Source of the DNA: Minisyncoccia bacterium
Lineage (GTDB): Bacteria; Patescibacteriota; Minisyncoccia; Phycocordibacterales; UBA918
Reading direction: 5' to 3'
DNA length: 64,000 nucleotides
Assembly (NCBI GenBank): GCA_041742075.1
Contig: JBGSJJ010000009.1
Location: 12,895 to 76,894 of the forward strand
Shown: positions 36,749 to 46,157 of the stretch, in pieces
Position numbering within the stretch: the stretch's first letter is position 1
Layout of the letters: every line of letters starts with the position of its first letter
Translations under genes and position numbers: made by a program
The notes under the pieces: model-generated
Databases searched by the model: none
Told to the model about the DNA's origin: nothing
What the model saw: the letters and a program-made list of their open reading frames with translations, nothing else

Positions 36749-37762
36749 ATGTTTAATCGATTTACTCCAAAGATCGGTATTGATCTCGGCACCACCACAG
36801 TCCTCGTGTATATACCCGGACAGGGAATTGTTCTCAATGAACCATCAGTCGTGGCAATTTCAAGCGATAACAAAGTGTTGGCCGTCGGTAGTGAAGCAAA
36901 ACGAATGATTGGGCGAACACCGGAAAACATCCGTGCCTATCGACCGATGAAAGACGGCGTGATTGCCGACTATCGGGTGACTGAAGCCATGCTTCGCTAT
37001 TTTCTGCGGAAGGCACTCGGGAAATACCAACTCTTCAGACCTGAAGTGATGATTTCTGTGCCAGCTGGCGTGACCTCAACCGAAAAGCGGGCGGTGGTTG
37101 AAGCAGCGGCGAACGCCGGAGCAAAAAACACCTACGTGGTTAAGGAGCCGATTCTAGCAGCGATTGGCGCCGGGATACCTATATATGAAGCGCAGGGACA
37201 TATGATTGTCGACATAGGAGGTGGAACTATCGACGTGGCAGTAATTGCGCTCGGGGGCATTGTGGCTGCCAACTCCGTGAAGTGTGCCGGCAACCGCATA
37301 GACTCGGCTATCATTGACTATGTTAAGAAAAGTAAAAATCTTTCAATAGGTGAGAAAACCGCCGAAGAAGTAAAAATTCAAATCGGTTCAGCGCTTCCCC
37401 TGGAGGAAGAGCTGGTCATGACTATTAAGGGACGCGATGTTGTCTCTGGTTTGCCCCGAACAACTGAAATTAAAACGAACGAAATCGTGCGCGCTATCTC
37501 AAAAGAACTCCGTGACATGATTCGCGCTATTAAGGACGTGTTTCAAAATACGCCACCTGAGCTGTCTTCAGACATTATTGATGGCGGGATTATTATGACC
37601 GGCGGTACTTCACAATTAAGAAACTTTCCTGAACTAATTCGGCGTCGAACGGGAGTAAAAGCAGTGGTGGCAGACCAAGCACTTTTCTGTGTGGTGAAGG
37701 GGACGGGGATTGCGCTGGAACACCTAGACACCTACAAGCGCTCCATCTTAGCAAAGCGATAA
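36749..37762 (+). CDS. mreB: rod shape-determining actin-like protein MreB (paralog 1, isolated)
   Basis: IGIDLGTTTVLVY phosphate-1 motif, DIGGGT phosphate-2, full-length actin fold. Confidence 0.85.
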   Translation: MFNRFTPKIGIDLGTTTVLVYIPGQGIVLNEPSVVAISSDNKVLAVGSEAKRMIGRTPENIRAYRPMKDGVIADYRVTEAMLRYFLRKALGKYQLFRPEVMISVPAGVTSTEKRAVVEAAANAGAKNTYVVKEPILAAIGAGIPIYEAQGHMIVDIGGGTIDVAVIALGGIVAANSVKCAGNRIDSAIIDYVKKSKNLSIGEKTAEEVKIQIGSALPLEEELVMTIKGRDVVSGLPRTTEIKTNEIVRAISKELRDMIRAIKDVFQNTPPELSSDIIDGGIIMTGGTSQLRNFPELIRRRTGVKAVVADQALFCVVKGTGIALEHLDTYKRSILAKR

Positions 37763-38027
37763 TTCTCGGAAATTACTTTGTCGTGCCGCTAATTTTTTCA
37801 GTCACCGTATATGAAATACGGCTTCTTCTAAAATTAACTGCTCTTCGCGTACTTCCTCGAGAATTATCGCTTTGCACCTGATTACATCAAATTGGACAGT
37901 TTTTGAATACGTCTTTGTTCAAAATCACCGTTTGGGAATTTGCCTAATACTTTATTTTGTAATACAGGAAAGTCTTGTCCACCCATGAGGTGACGTGAGA
38001 AGTGCCAGAGCAACATATAATAGATGT

Positions 38028-40802
38028 ATGGCTGAAGGTATCCCAAAAAGATTCTCGTCCCCCGAGGAAGAGATTGCGTATTTGCGTGAGCAGATAGCGA
38101 CGCGCGAGCGTGAGTTGTTTAACCGTTCGGGAGAGACAGACAGGACTGACCACGAAACCGTGGCCAAGGCTGAACTCCATGAGTACGGTACGTTTACCCC
38201 GAACACGGTACTTGAAAAAGACCACCAGCTCAAACCTGACGAGCTCGCTCGGCGGGTCGAGCAGGTTGACTCAGCGAGAGAGCCGGTAGAAGAAATTGTG
38301 CAGATAGCGATAGAAAGGGGTGTTCACAATGCTCTCACGGTACTTGAAAAAACTAAGAACGCCTTCATGACTGACGAAGTACACCGTCGCTTGATTGAGC
38401 ATGTAAAGTCTGGCGCGACCGTTCAGAACTTAAAAGAAGGTGTCCCGCCGTGGCAGGTACTACATATGACGTTGTTTGAAGTGTCACTACCTGAAGTAAA
38501 CGAGCAAAAAGGTAAGTCGTACCAGCTGTCTGAGCTCGTTAGCATGATGGAACAGTTTTATGCTGGTATGCAGAATGTGGGTCAGTATGAAACCAGCACC
38601 CACTACGCGATAGAAATTGCCGTAGCTGATAAGAGTGACGACATTGTTTTTTATGTCGCGGTACCGAGTCAGTATGTCGACCTGTTTCAAAAACATCTTC
38701 TTTCACTGTATCCGCACGCGCATTTGACGGAGCAGATTCATGACTACAACATCTTTGTGGCCGGTGGAAGTTCTTTGGTTGCCAGGGCAGAGCTCAAAAA
38801 GCACCACATCTATCCGATTGCGACGAAAGAATCATTTGAATCTGATCCGCTCGCAGTTATCTTAAACGCCTTTTCAAAAATTGAACGTGAAGGTGGGGGA
38901 GCCGCTTTGCAGTTTGTTATTCGTCGTGCTCCCCAAAAATACACCGGGGTGTATGAAGGGATTATTAAACGCGTTCGTGGCGGTATGAAAGTGTCTGACG
39001 CTATAGCGAGAAGTTCGCTTGGTGGTGAGGTGGTGGCCAGTTTAAAAGAGCTCGTGTTTTCAAATTCTGCTAAGAAAAAAGAAGAAGCACTACCAACCCG
39101 AGACCATATTGACACAGAAGCACTCGAACTGTTTGCAGAGAAAATTAAGCACCCAGTCTTGGACGTTAATATACGTATCGCCGTGTCTTCAACGACTGAG
39201 TCTCGCTCAAAACAAATTTTATCTGAAATCGAATCAACGTTTAATCAGTTTGAACGTACCCAAAGTAATCGATTCGTGTTTTCAGTCTTGAAGGGGAGTG
39301 CACTTACACAAGCCGTGAAAGCATTTTCCTTCAGGGATTTTGTACCCGCGACCGCATTACCGCTGACGCTCCGCGAGCTTGCCACCGTGCTTCACTTTCC
39401 GGGTGCGGGTATCGATAGCTCACCACAGTTTAAGCAATCAAGAGCTAAGACGGCGTCAGCGCCAACCAATACACCAACTACTGGTACGCTCCTTGGTTTT
39501 AACGACCATCGAGGAGAAAAGAAGGATATCTACATCAGTGAGCTCGATCGCATGCGCCATTTCTACATCATTGGTCAGACTGGTACGGGTAAGACGACTC
39601 TGATGAAGAACATGATTGTGCAAGACATCGAGGCTGGTCACGGTGTTTGCTTTATTGACCCTCACGGTACCGACATAGAAGATATCGTGAGTTGTATTCC
39701 TAAGGAACGTGAAAAGGATTTAATTTATTTTGACCCGTCACAATTTGACTCAGTGGTTGGACTCAACATGCTTGAGTATGACGAAAAGAAGCCTGAACAG
39801 AAGACGTTTGTGGTAAACGAACTGTTTTCTATTTTCCAAAAACTCTATGGGGCAAACCCAGAGTCGATGGGCCCGATGTTTGAGCAGTACTTCCGCAACG
39901 CGACGTTGCTTGTGATGGAAGACCCAAGTAGCGGAAATACCCTCATGGATATTAGTCGGGTAATGGCAGACAGTAAGTACCGGCGGATGAAACTAGAGAA
40001 AGCGAAAAATCCAGTCGTGGTGCAGTTTTGGCGTGAGATAGCCACCAAGGCAGGTGGAGAAGCGTCACTTGAAAACATTGTGCCGTACATCGTTTCAAAG
40101 TTCGATGTCTTCACCGCCAACGACTACATGCGACCAATCATTGGTCAACAAAAATCTTCGTTTAACTTCAGGCAGATTATGGATGAGCGGAAGATACTTC
40201 TCGTGAACCTTTCTAAAGGTCGCTTAGGGGAAATTAATGCCAACCTTATCGGTATGATTGTGGTGGGAAAACTTTTGATGGCGGCGCTGTCGCGAGTTGA
40301 TGACGCGAGTCGAAGTTTCCCACCGTTTTACTTACACATGGACGAGTTCCAAAACGTTTCGACGAACTCTATCTCAGCGATTCTGTCTGAAGCGCGCAAG
40401 TATAAGCTTGGCCTGACTATTGCTCACCAATTTATCGCTCAACTGGATGAAAAAATAAAAGAATCGGTGTTTGGAAACGTGGGGTCAATGGCGGCGTTTC
40501 GAGTTGGTCCAGAAGATGCACAGTTTCTTGAGCATCAGTACCACCCAACCTTCACCGCTGCCGACCTCATGAATGTACCCAACCAAACTGCGTATATGCG
40601 GATACTCGCGAGCGGTATTCCGACTAAACCATTTAGTCTCAGCACCTTTGCCCCGCCAGTGACTGACCCAACTCGTGTTCAAGCGCTTATTGCTCAAAGC
40701 AATAGCCGTTACGGACGACCACGAGACGAGATTGAAGCAGAGATTCATAAACGTTATCAAAAAGAAACAGTGCCAACCGAGAATCCGTTTGCTAAGATGT
40801 AA
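38028..40802 (+). CDS. soluble FtsK/HerA/VirD4(TraD/TraG)-superfamily P-loop ATPase with novel ~460-aa N-terminal region
   Basis: Walker A IIGQTGTGKTT followed by CFIDPHG (HerA/T4CP-like), Walker B YLHMDEFQN, sensor TIAHQFIAQL; no TM helices; ATG has no RBS but TATAAT 7 nt upstream (possible leaderless). Confidence 0.7.
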   Translation: MAEGIPKRFSSPEEEIAYLREQIATRERELFNRSGETDRTDHETVAKAELHEYGTFTPNTVLEKDHQLKPDELARRVEQVDSAREPVEEIVQIAIERGVHNALTVLEKTKNAFMTDEVHRRLIEHVKSGATVQNLKEGVPPWQVLHMTLFEVSLPEVNEQKGKSYQLSELVSMMEQFYAGMQNVGQYETSTHYAIEIAVADKSDDIVFYVAVPSQYVDLFQKHLLSLYPHAHLTEQIHDYNIFVAGGSSLVARAELKKHHIYPIATKESFESDPLAVILNAFSKIEREGGGAALQFVIRRAPQKYTGVYEGIIKRVRGGMKVSDAIARSSLGGEVVASLKELVFSNSAKKKEEALPTRDHIDTEALELFAEKIKHPVLDVNIRIAVSSTTESRSKQILSEIESTFNQFERTQSNRFVFSVLKGSALTQAVKAFSFRDFVPATALPLTLRELATVLHFPGAGIDSSPQFKQSRAKTASAPTNTPTTGTLLGFNDHRGEKKDIYISELDRMRHFYIIGQTGTGKTTLMKNMIVQDIEAGHGVCFIDPHGTDIEDIVSCIPKEREKDLIYFDPSQFDSVVGLNMLEYDEKKPEQKTFVVNELFSIFQKLYGANPESMGPMFEQYFRNATLLVMEDPSSGNTLMDISRVMADSKYRRMKLEKAKNPVVVQFWREIATKAGGEASLENIVPYIVSKFDVFTANDYMRPIIGQQKSSFNFRQIMDERKILLVNLSKGRLGEINANLIGMIVVGKLLMAALSRVDDASRSFPPFYLHMDEFQNVSTNSISAILSEARKYKLGLTIAHQFIAQLDEKIKESVFGNVGSMAAFRVGPEDAQFLEHQYHPTFTAADLMNVPNQTAYMRILASGIPTKPFSLSTFAPPVTDPTRVQALIAQSNSRYGRPRDEIEAEIHKRYQKETVPTENPFAKM

Positions 40803-40808
40803 GTACGT

Positions 40809-43800
40809 ATGAAAGAAGAGTGGGGATTAGAAAGTAGAGGGAAAAAATACAACAGACCACAGCGTGGTCGTGTTCGTGATGTAGTTGTACCACCTCCGCT
40901 ACCGAGAGAGGTAGTTAAAGAAAAACCGTCAGCTGATAGTGTTTGGAAAGCGGAGGTTGAGAAGCTGCTAAACAAGACCGAAGTAAATACTGAACAACCA
41001 GAAGCAGTAGGAGAAATACCCGGAGAGGAAGTTTTGCAAGAAGTGACAGAGGAGCATGGTGCTGCCGGTGGTACTGCAGAACTGTCACTGGTAGATCATG
41101 AGGAACGGAAAGAATTAGCTCGAAAAGCCGTGCGCATGTTTAATGAGGTTCGGTTACTTAAAGACTCAATTACGACTCATGAAAGTGGACAGTCGTCACC
41201 TAACCTCGAGATCGATGGCTATGGTGACTTTCAAAATGCATATGCATTACTTAAAGATCAACTTAAACTAGTAGAATGGTCAAAAAATAAAGACGAGGAA
41301 ATTACAGCTGAAGTAGTTAGTGAAATTGAACGTCTTTATGGCGTATTATCAGAAGCTCATACACGAGTCGAACAGGCTGCTCTAGAAAGAGAAATCGAAC
41401 TTGCCTATGAAGATGAAGAAGCGCCGACTGCTCAAATAGAAGCATCAACCTCAGAAATCAACCAGCCAAGCAATCAAAATGAACTAATTACTGGTAAAGA
41501 ACCAGACAAGCATAAGGTGGCGGCTGTAGAATTTACTGTAAAGGAACCTAGCATAAGAGTCGGAAAATTCTACCAAATGCTTATAAATAATAATCTGACT
41601 GAAGTTCGTGTTATAGCGAAAGCAAATGAAGCAAACGGGAGCGCATTTATAGTAAGCCATGAAGTAGATGGTCAAGCATTACTCAGGGAATCTGTGAAAG
41701 CTGATGACCTGATTGAGATCAAAGAAAAATCTACTCCTAGTAACAGATTTGGTAAGCGGTATTCTACACTCGCCAGGACTAGCGACAGCAATCTTGTTTT
41801 AGGAGAGTCTTCTTTAGCTGAAGCTGACCTAGGTGAAGCTATTTCAAGTGAACAAGAAATGGCTACTCTTAAATCTGAAGCAGAAACTACTTCTGGTAAA
41901 AAAGCACATCAAATTGGCCAAAAGTACTTACTACTAATTGGGAATCAGCCTATAGAAGTAACTATAGTTGATGTAGACGAAAATGGTCTAGCTCAAGTCA
42001 CTTACGATAAAGACGGAAAGCACTTTTCAAAGTTTTTTGTCAAACCCGAACAACTTTCAGAAATTGCTCCTCAAACTACGGCTGAACTTAATACGTTTGT
42101 CAGTGAAAAATTGAAAAACGATGAAGGATCTTTTATTAACCAAGTAAGCGAAGTCTTAGAAGAAAATCCTGAACTGACTGAAGAAGTATACAATGCAAAA
42201 GTATTACCACTATTTAAGGAGAGACTTTTGAGTGCTGGCTACACAAGTGACGAGATTCAGAATTTATTCGCCTTAAATTTTCAGTTAGAACAGAAAGCGC
42301 ATAGTAACTTTAATAAGGAAACGGGCACGTTAAAAACTGAAGACGTCTTGAATCGTGCACGCAGTATTGAGGTTAGTATTTTAAATAAAAAACCGAAACA
42401 GGAAGAAAACCCACCTGAACTTCCTGTAAACAACGGTTTCTCAGCTGTGTCTCAAGTAACTACTCCACCCTCTTTTATAAAAGATAACCGAAATCTTAAT
42501 AAACGTGACTCAGTTAGATTTGAGAAATGGCAAAATAAAGAATGGACACCAGGTGAGTATCTGGATTTAGACGAACAAGCGGAACTGTCGAAACAAACGG
42601 ACCCACGAAATATAAGAATAATAACTGAAAATATTTCCGAGGATGAAGTATTTTTGAAAAAAATGCGCGGTGAGTACGAGTCCTTGGTAGCAGAAGCTGA
42701 TAGGCTCGGTCGGAATCCGCTGACACCATCAACACTCAACATTGCGATTATGTCGCTTGATAGAGCAATCAGAGTGTACGAAGAACGACTTGCAAACGAA
42801 GGCCAGTCTGATAATGAAATTACGCAAATGGAATCTGACCGCCTACGCGAAGAACTGATTGAATTGCGAACGCTTATTTGTGAACCTAAGGCACACATTG
42901 AAGGAGAAGTAGAGGCTACCCAGACTGGAACAAACACTGACGAAAATCCACACGTTGAAACAGAAGAGTCCTTAGCTACAGAGCCACCAACACCGGAAGA
43001 TACCGAGCCACCGCGCGAATCACCAGCAGAAGACGAAAAAAGTGCCGAGGCGTTTCTAAAAGGTGAAGTCTTAGGTAAAGAAGTGTCTCTAGCTGAAGTA
43101 GCACTAGGGAAAATGTTTTATGTACCGCGTAAGGCTGGTGGATATACACTTTGTCAGGTTGTAGACATAGATCAAACCTCTGGTGATGTCCAGCTAGCAG
43201 GGCATGACGAAGCTGGAAAATTTACTAAATGGGTACACCACAGTGTACTCTCAGTTGAAGAGCCCTTTAAAGATGGAGAAGTAAAGCCAGATGAACAGCA
43301 GGTAAGAGAAGCTAGGGAGATAGAAGAAGCAGAAGTCGTAGAATCTTTGTCCACTGATACACAGATACCAGAAACAACGAAAGAAAACTATCGACCTAAA
43401 TCAGCTGAACGAATAGCACTTGATGAAAAGCATAAAGAATTTTCTTCCGCTAAGAAAGCGTATTATAGTCAGGAGTTTCTCGCGCAAAAAAAAGAGTTAG
43501 CGCAACTTGAAGCTGAGCTAAAAAATCCAGCTCACTCAGACCGAGCCAGAGATGAAATGCGTGGCCGACGCGATGCGCTCTTTACTGCAGCGGAGCAAAT
43601 TGCCTACCGCTATAAAGAAGCCAAGCAACCGTACGCCGAAGCACTCCAAGAGTATTTGACTAAGAAAGAAACAAAGGCTGGTACTTCACTCACGCCTGAA
43701 CAAGCGAAAGCGATGGTAGGCGGGCGCTTCTTTGGTAAAACCAAAGCCGAGCGGTATACAGGAACTGGTGTCATAGGAAGAGACGGCTTGGAAAAACAAG

Positions 43801-45767
43801 TGGGTTTACTAGACAGCGAGCTACAAAATCCAATTCATACTGAAATGGAAAAAGAAGCGTTGCGGGTTAAACGTCTGGAGCTTGTAGATAGAATTAATAA
43901 AATTCCTGCAGAACACACCGCTGATGTTTCATACAAGTCCTATCGAGAGCAAGAGCTCGCGCTTCGCGAAGCGGTGCTTTCGTTTGAGCAAAAAGGTACT
44001 TTTGTACGTATGAAGGAAAAGTTCGATAAGCTAAATCCAAAAGCAAAAATTGCAGTTGGGGGAGCCATCTTAGGAGCTTCAGTTTGGAATGTGGGTCTTA
44101 TACCGGTTTTAGCTGGTTTGACAGCTGGTGTAGGAGTTCGCTTAGGAGTAAAAAAAGGTGGCTACGCCACGATAGATGCACTCCGGAATCAAGGTAGGCA
44201 AAATAAACTCAGTGCTTTTGACGCCAGTAATTTAGTGCAATTTGAGTCGGCACTCGATAAGGGTGAAGAACGAGAAAAAACAGCGAAGAAGGCTGTCAGT
44301 GGCGTTGCATTCGTGAGTGGAGTAGCAGCTGGTGCTACGGCTGGTCTTGGTGCCAGAGGGGTTGGTGTGGACGAGGTGTTTCAAAATTTAGTGGACAGTG
44401 TGACGCAAAAATCAGGTACTGGCTCAGGAACTTTTGTTCCTAGTGCTGATCAAGCGCCATCGATAACTCAAAGTGAAGTCCCTCTTACATACGAAAAAGA
44501 TCCGATTGTAATTACCATCGAACCTGGTCAGTCCGGGTACGTCGAATTAGATGGAGTAGTAGCAACCCCAGATGCGTCAGCGACTAATGTTGCTGGTGAG
44601 GGTGCTGCAATCGGGGGAGACGAAGTGGTGAAGGAGGTTCCTGTCGCGGATTTGCAGGTAGAAGTGTCTGAAGCACCAGCTCGCAAAGAAATGACGGGTA
44701 CAGAACCTCAAGCTTTCGAAAAAGGAAATATTGCACCGGTAGAAGAGGTTGTAAAGAAACCGCTTGAGTTTAGCAGTGCGGAACGCTACCAGACACATTT
44801 TCACACTGTCCCGAACCCTGACAAAATTGACCAAAATGCTCCAGCCTTTGAAAAAGCAAGTACTGTGTCTGACATTCTCTTTGAGCGCTGGAAAGTTGGT
44901 CAGTTTGACCATCTTGGGTGGGTGCCACAGCATGGGGAAGTGAACGAGACGGAATTTTTGCAAGTGATGAATGAAGCAATTCATACTGCCTCTGCAGACA
45001 CTCTCAGAGCAATGATGATTGATAGTGGAGACATTGATGTTGTGTATCCCGGTGAAAGGCTCGACATGGTACCAATTCTTTATCAAATGTTTCCACCAGA
45101 AGTCAGTAGTACCGTTAGTCAAGCTTCTGAGGCAGTCTCTTTGTCGCCTGAACCAGAAGTTACTCCTACGGTTGAAGCCGCACCTCTCTCTTCTGTGAAC
45201 GAAGAGTTAACAGTTCAGTCTACTCTAGTACCGGTAGAAGTAGATGTGTCACCTAATGATCTTGAATCAGTTGTTTCTTACGCGAATCGGTATGATTCGC
45301 TCGAGGCAAACCAGCTTGCAGAAATTATTACCGAAGCAAAAGAGCGGGTTATGGAAAATATGAGTGAGTCAGACACGATGGCGCTCTCGGCTGAAGAAAT
45401 TAATGAGCGGATTAAAACTGAAGTTGATGTGCTTGCCACCACGGAGCTTATAGCTAAAACACTTAACGCCAGTGGTCAGTCTGGTGAGGGAGTGGTCGAG
45501 TTTATGAATGTCGCTTATCAAGATATCAAAAACTTTCCTCCTGAAAAAGCCGTTGGAATTGACTTTGAGACTGCTAAGTTTCTCTTTAATTACGCTCAGT
45601 CTCAATTAGATTCACTCAGTCAAGAAGTTAAGAGTCAAATAGCTTCTCCAAGCTTAAGCAATCTAGTCGAAGCGCTGGTGCGAGATGGCCGACTAGAAGT
45701 ATCAGGTGACCAACATACGCTCGTACAGCCAGGAAGTCGAAATCACGTGCTAAACCTCAGAAACTAA
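40809..45767 (+). CDS. giant (1652 aa) acidic coiled-coil protein with central Gly-rich hydrophobic segment
   Basis: 7-nt gap after the ATPase gene; Glu/Lys-rich low complexity with long heptad-like stretches; residues ~1075-1200 contain AVGGAILGASVWNVGLIPVLAGLTAGVGV and VAFVSGVAAGATAGLGARGVG. Confidence 0.6.
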   Translation: MKEEWGLESRGKKYNRPQRGRVRDVVVPPPLPREVVKEKPSADSVWKAEVEKLLNKTEVNTEQPEAVGEIPGEEVLQEVTEEHGAAGGTAELSLVDHEERKELARKAVRMFNEVRLLKDSITTHESGQSSPNLEIDGYGDFQNAYALLKDQLKLVEWSKNKDEEITAEVVSEIERLYGVLSEAHTRVEQAALEREIELAYEDEEAPTAQIEASTSEINQPSNQNELITGKEPDKHKVAAVEFTVKEPSIRVGKFYQMLINNNLTEVRVIAKANEANGSAFIVSHEVDGQALLRESVKADDLIEIKEKSTPSNRFGKRYSTLARTSDSNLVLGESSLAEADLGEAISSEQEMATLKSEAETTSGKKAHQIGQKYLLLIGNQPIEVTIVDVDENGLAQVTYDKDGKHFSKFFVKPEQLSEIAPQTTAELNTFVSEKLKNDEGSFINQVSEVLEENPELTEEVYNAKVLPLFKERLLSAGYTSDEIQNLFALNFQLEQKAHSNFNKETGTLKTEDVLNRARSIEVSILNKKPKQEENPPELPVNNGFSAVSQVTTPPSFIKDNRNLNKRDSVRFEKWQNKEWTPGEYLDLDEQAELSKQTDPRNIRIITENISEDEVFLKKMRGEYESLVAEADRLGRNPLTPSTLNIAIMSLDRAIRVYEERLANEGQSDNEITQMESDRLREELIELRTLICEPKAHIEGEVEATQTGTNTDENPHVETEESLATEPPTPEDTEPPRESPAEDEKSAEAFLKGEVLGKEVSLAEVALGKMFYVPRKAGGYTLCQVVDIDQTSGDVQLAGHDEAGKFTKWVHHSVLSVEEPFKDGEVKPDEQQVREAREIEEAEVVESLSTDTQIPETTKENYRPKSAERIALDEKHKEFSSAKKAYYSQEFLAQKKELAQLEAELKNPAHSDRARDEMRGRRDALFTAAEQIAYRYKEAKQPYAEALQEYLTKKETKAGTSLTPEQAKAMVGGRFFGKTKAERYTGTGVIGRDGLEKQVGLLDSELQNPIHTEMEKEALRVKRLELVDRINKIPAEHTADVSYKSYREQELALREAVLSFEQKGTFVRMKEKFDKLNPKAKIAVGGAILGASVWNVGLIPVLAGLTAGVGVRLGVKKGGYATIDALRNQGRQNKLSAFDASNLVQFESALDKGEEREKTAKKAVSGVAFVSGVAAGATAGLGARGVGVDEVFQNLVDSVTQKSGTGSGTFVPSADQAPSITQSEVPLTYEKDPIVITIEPGQSGYVELDGVVATPDASATNVAGEGAAIGGDEVVKEVPVADLQVEVSEAPARKEMTGTEPQAFEKGNIAPVEEVVKKPLEFSSAERYQTHFHTVPNPDKIDQNAPAFEKASTVSDILFERWKVGQFDHLGWVPQHGEVNETEFLQVMNEAIHTASADTLRAMMIDSGDIDVVYPGERLDMVPILYQMFPPEVSSTVSQASEAVSLSPEPEVTPTVEAAPLSSVNEELTVQSTLVPVEVDVSPNDLESVVSYANRYDSLEANQLAEIITEAKERVMENMSESDTMALSAEEINERIKTEVDVLATTELIAKTLNASGQSGEGVVEFMNVAYQDIKNFPPEKAVGIDFETAKFLFNYAQSQLDSLSQEVKSQIASPSLSNLVEALVRDGRLEVSGDQHTLVQPGSRNHVLNLRN

Positions 45768-45769
45768 CT

Positions 45770-46120
45770 ATGGAACCACAACAACTTACAACTGATGTTG
45801 GAAAACTAATTGGCCTTGAGAGCTTAAACGAATTTGAGCAGGCTGAGTTTTTAGCGCAAATCGGAGAACTAATTATCGAGTCGGCTTTACTGCGACTGAC
45901 CGAAACACTGACTCCTGATCAACAGATGGCTATCAACCACTACCTCGAAACCGAACCAACCCCAGAAGTGTTTATGAGTTATTTGGTTACTCATCATGCA
46001 TCGTTTCAAACTATTCTTGACGAAGAAATAATTGCGTTCAAAGAAGAGTGTATCGCTGTGATGGGACGTGGTGCACTTAAAGAAATTTCGCAACCCATGC
46101 ACGCGACTGTGTTAAAGTAA
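45770..46120 (+). CDS. small acidic hypothetical protein (116 aa)
   Basis: starts 3 nt after the giant ORF stop; helical, no known motif. Confidence 0.45.
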   Translation: MEPQQLTTDVGKLIGLESLNEFEQAEFLAQIGELIIESALLRLTETLTPDQQMAINHYLETEPTPEVFMSYLVTHHASFQTILDEEIIAFKEECIAVMGRGALKEISQPMHATVLK

Positions 46121-46157
46121 TACACAGGCAACTTAAAAATTTGTAACAAAATTTTTA

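Noticed and set aside
36684-36908. 74-aa plus-strand ORF overlapping the mreB1 start
   Set aside because: It is out of frame with mreB and overlaps its N-terminal phosphate-1 motif. mreB start at 36749 is well supported.
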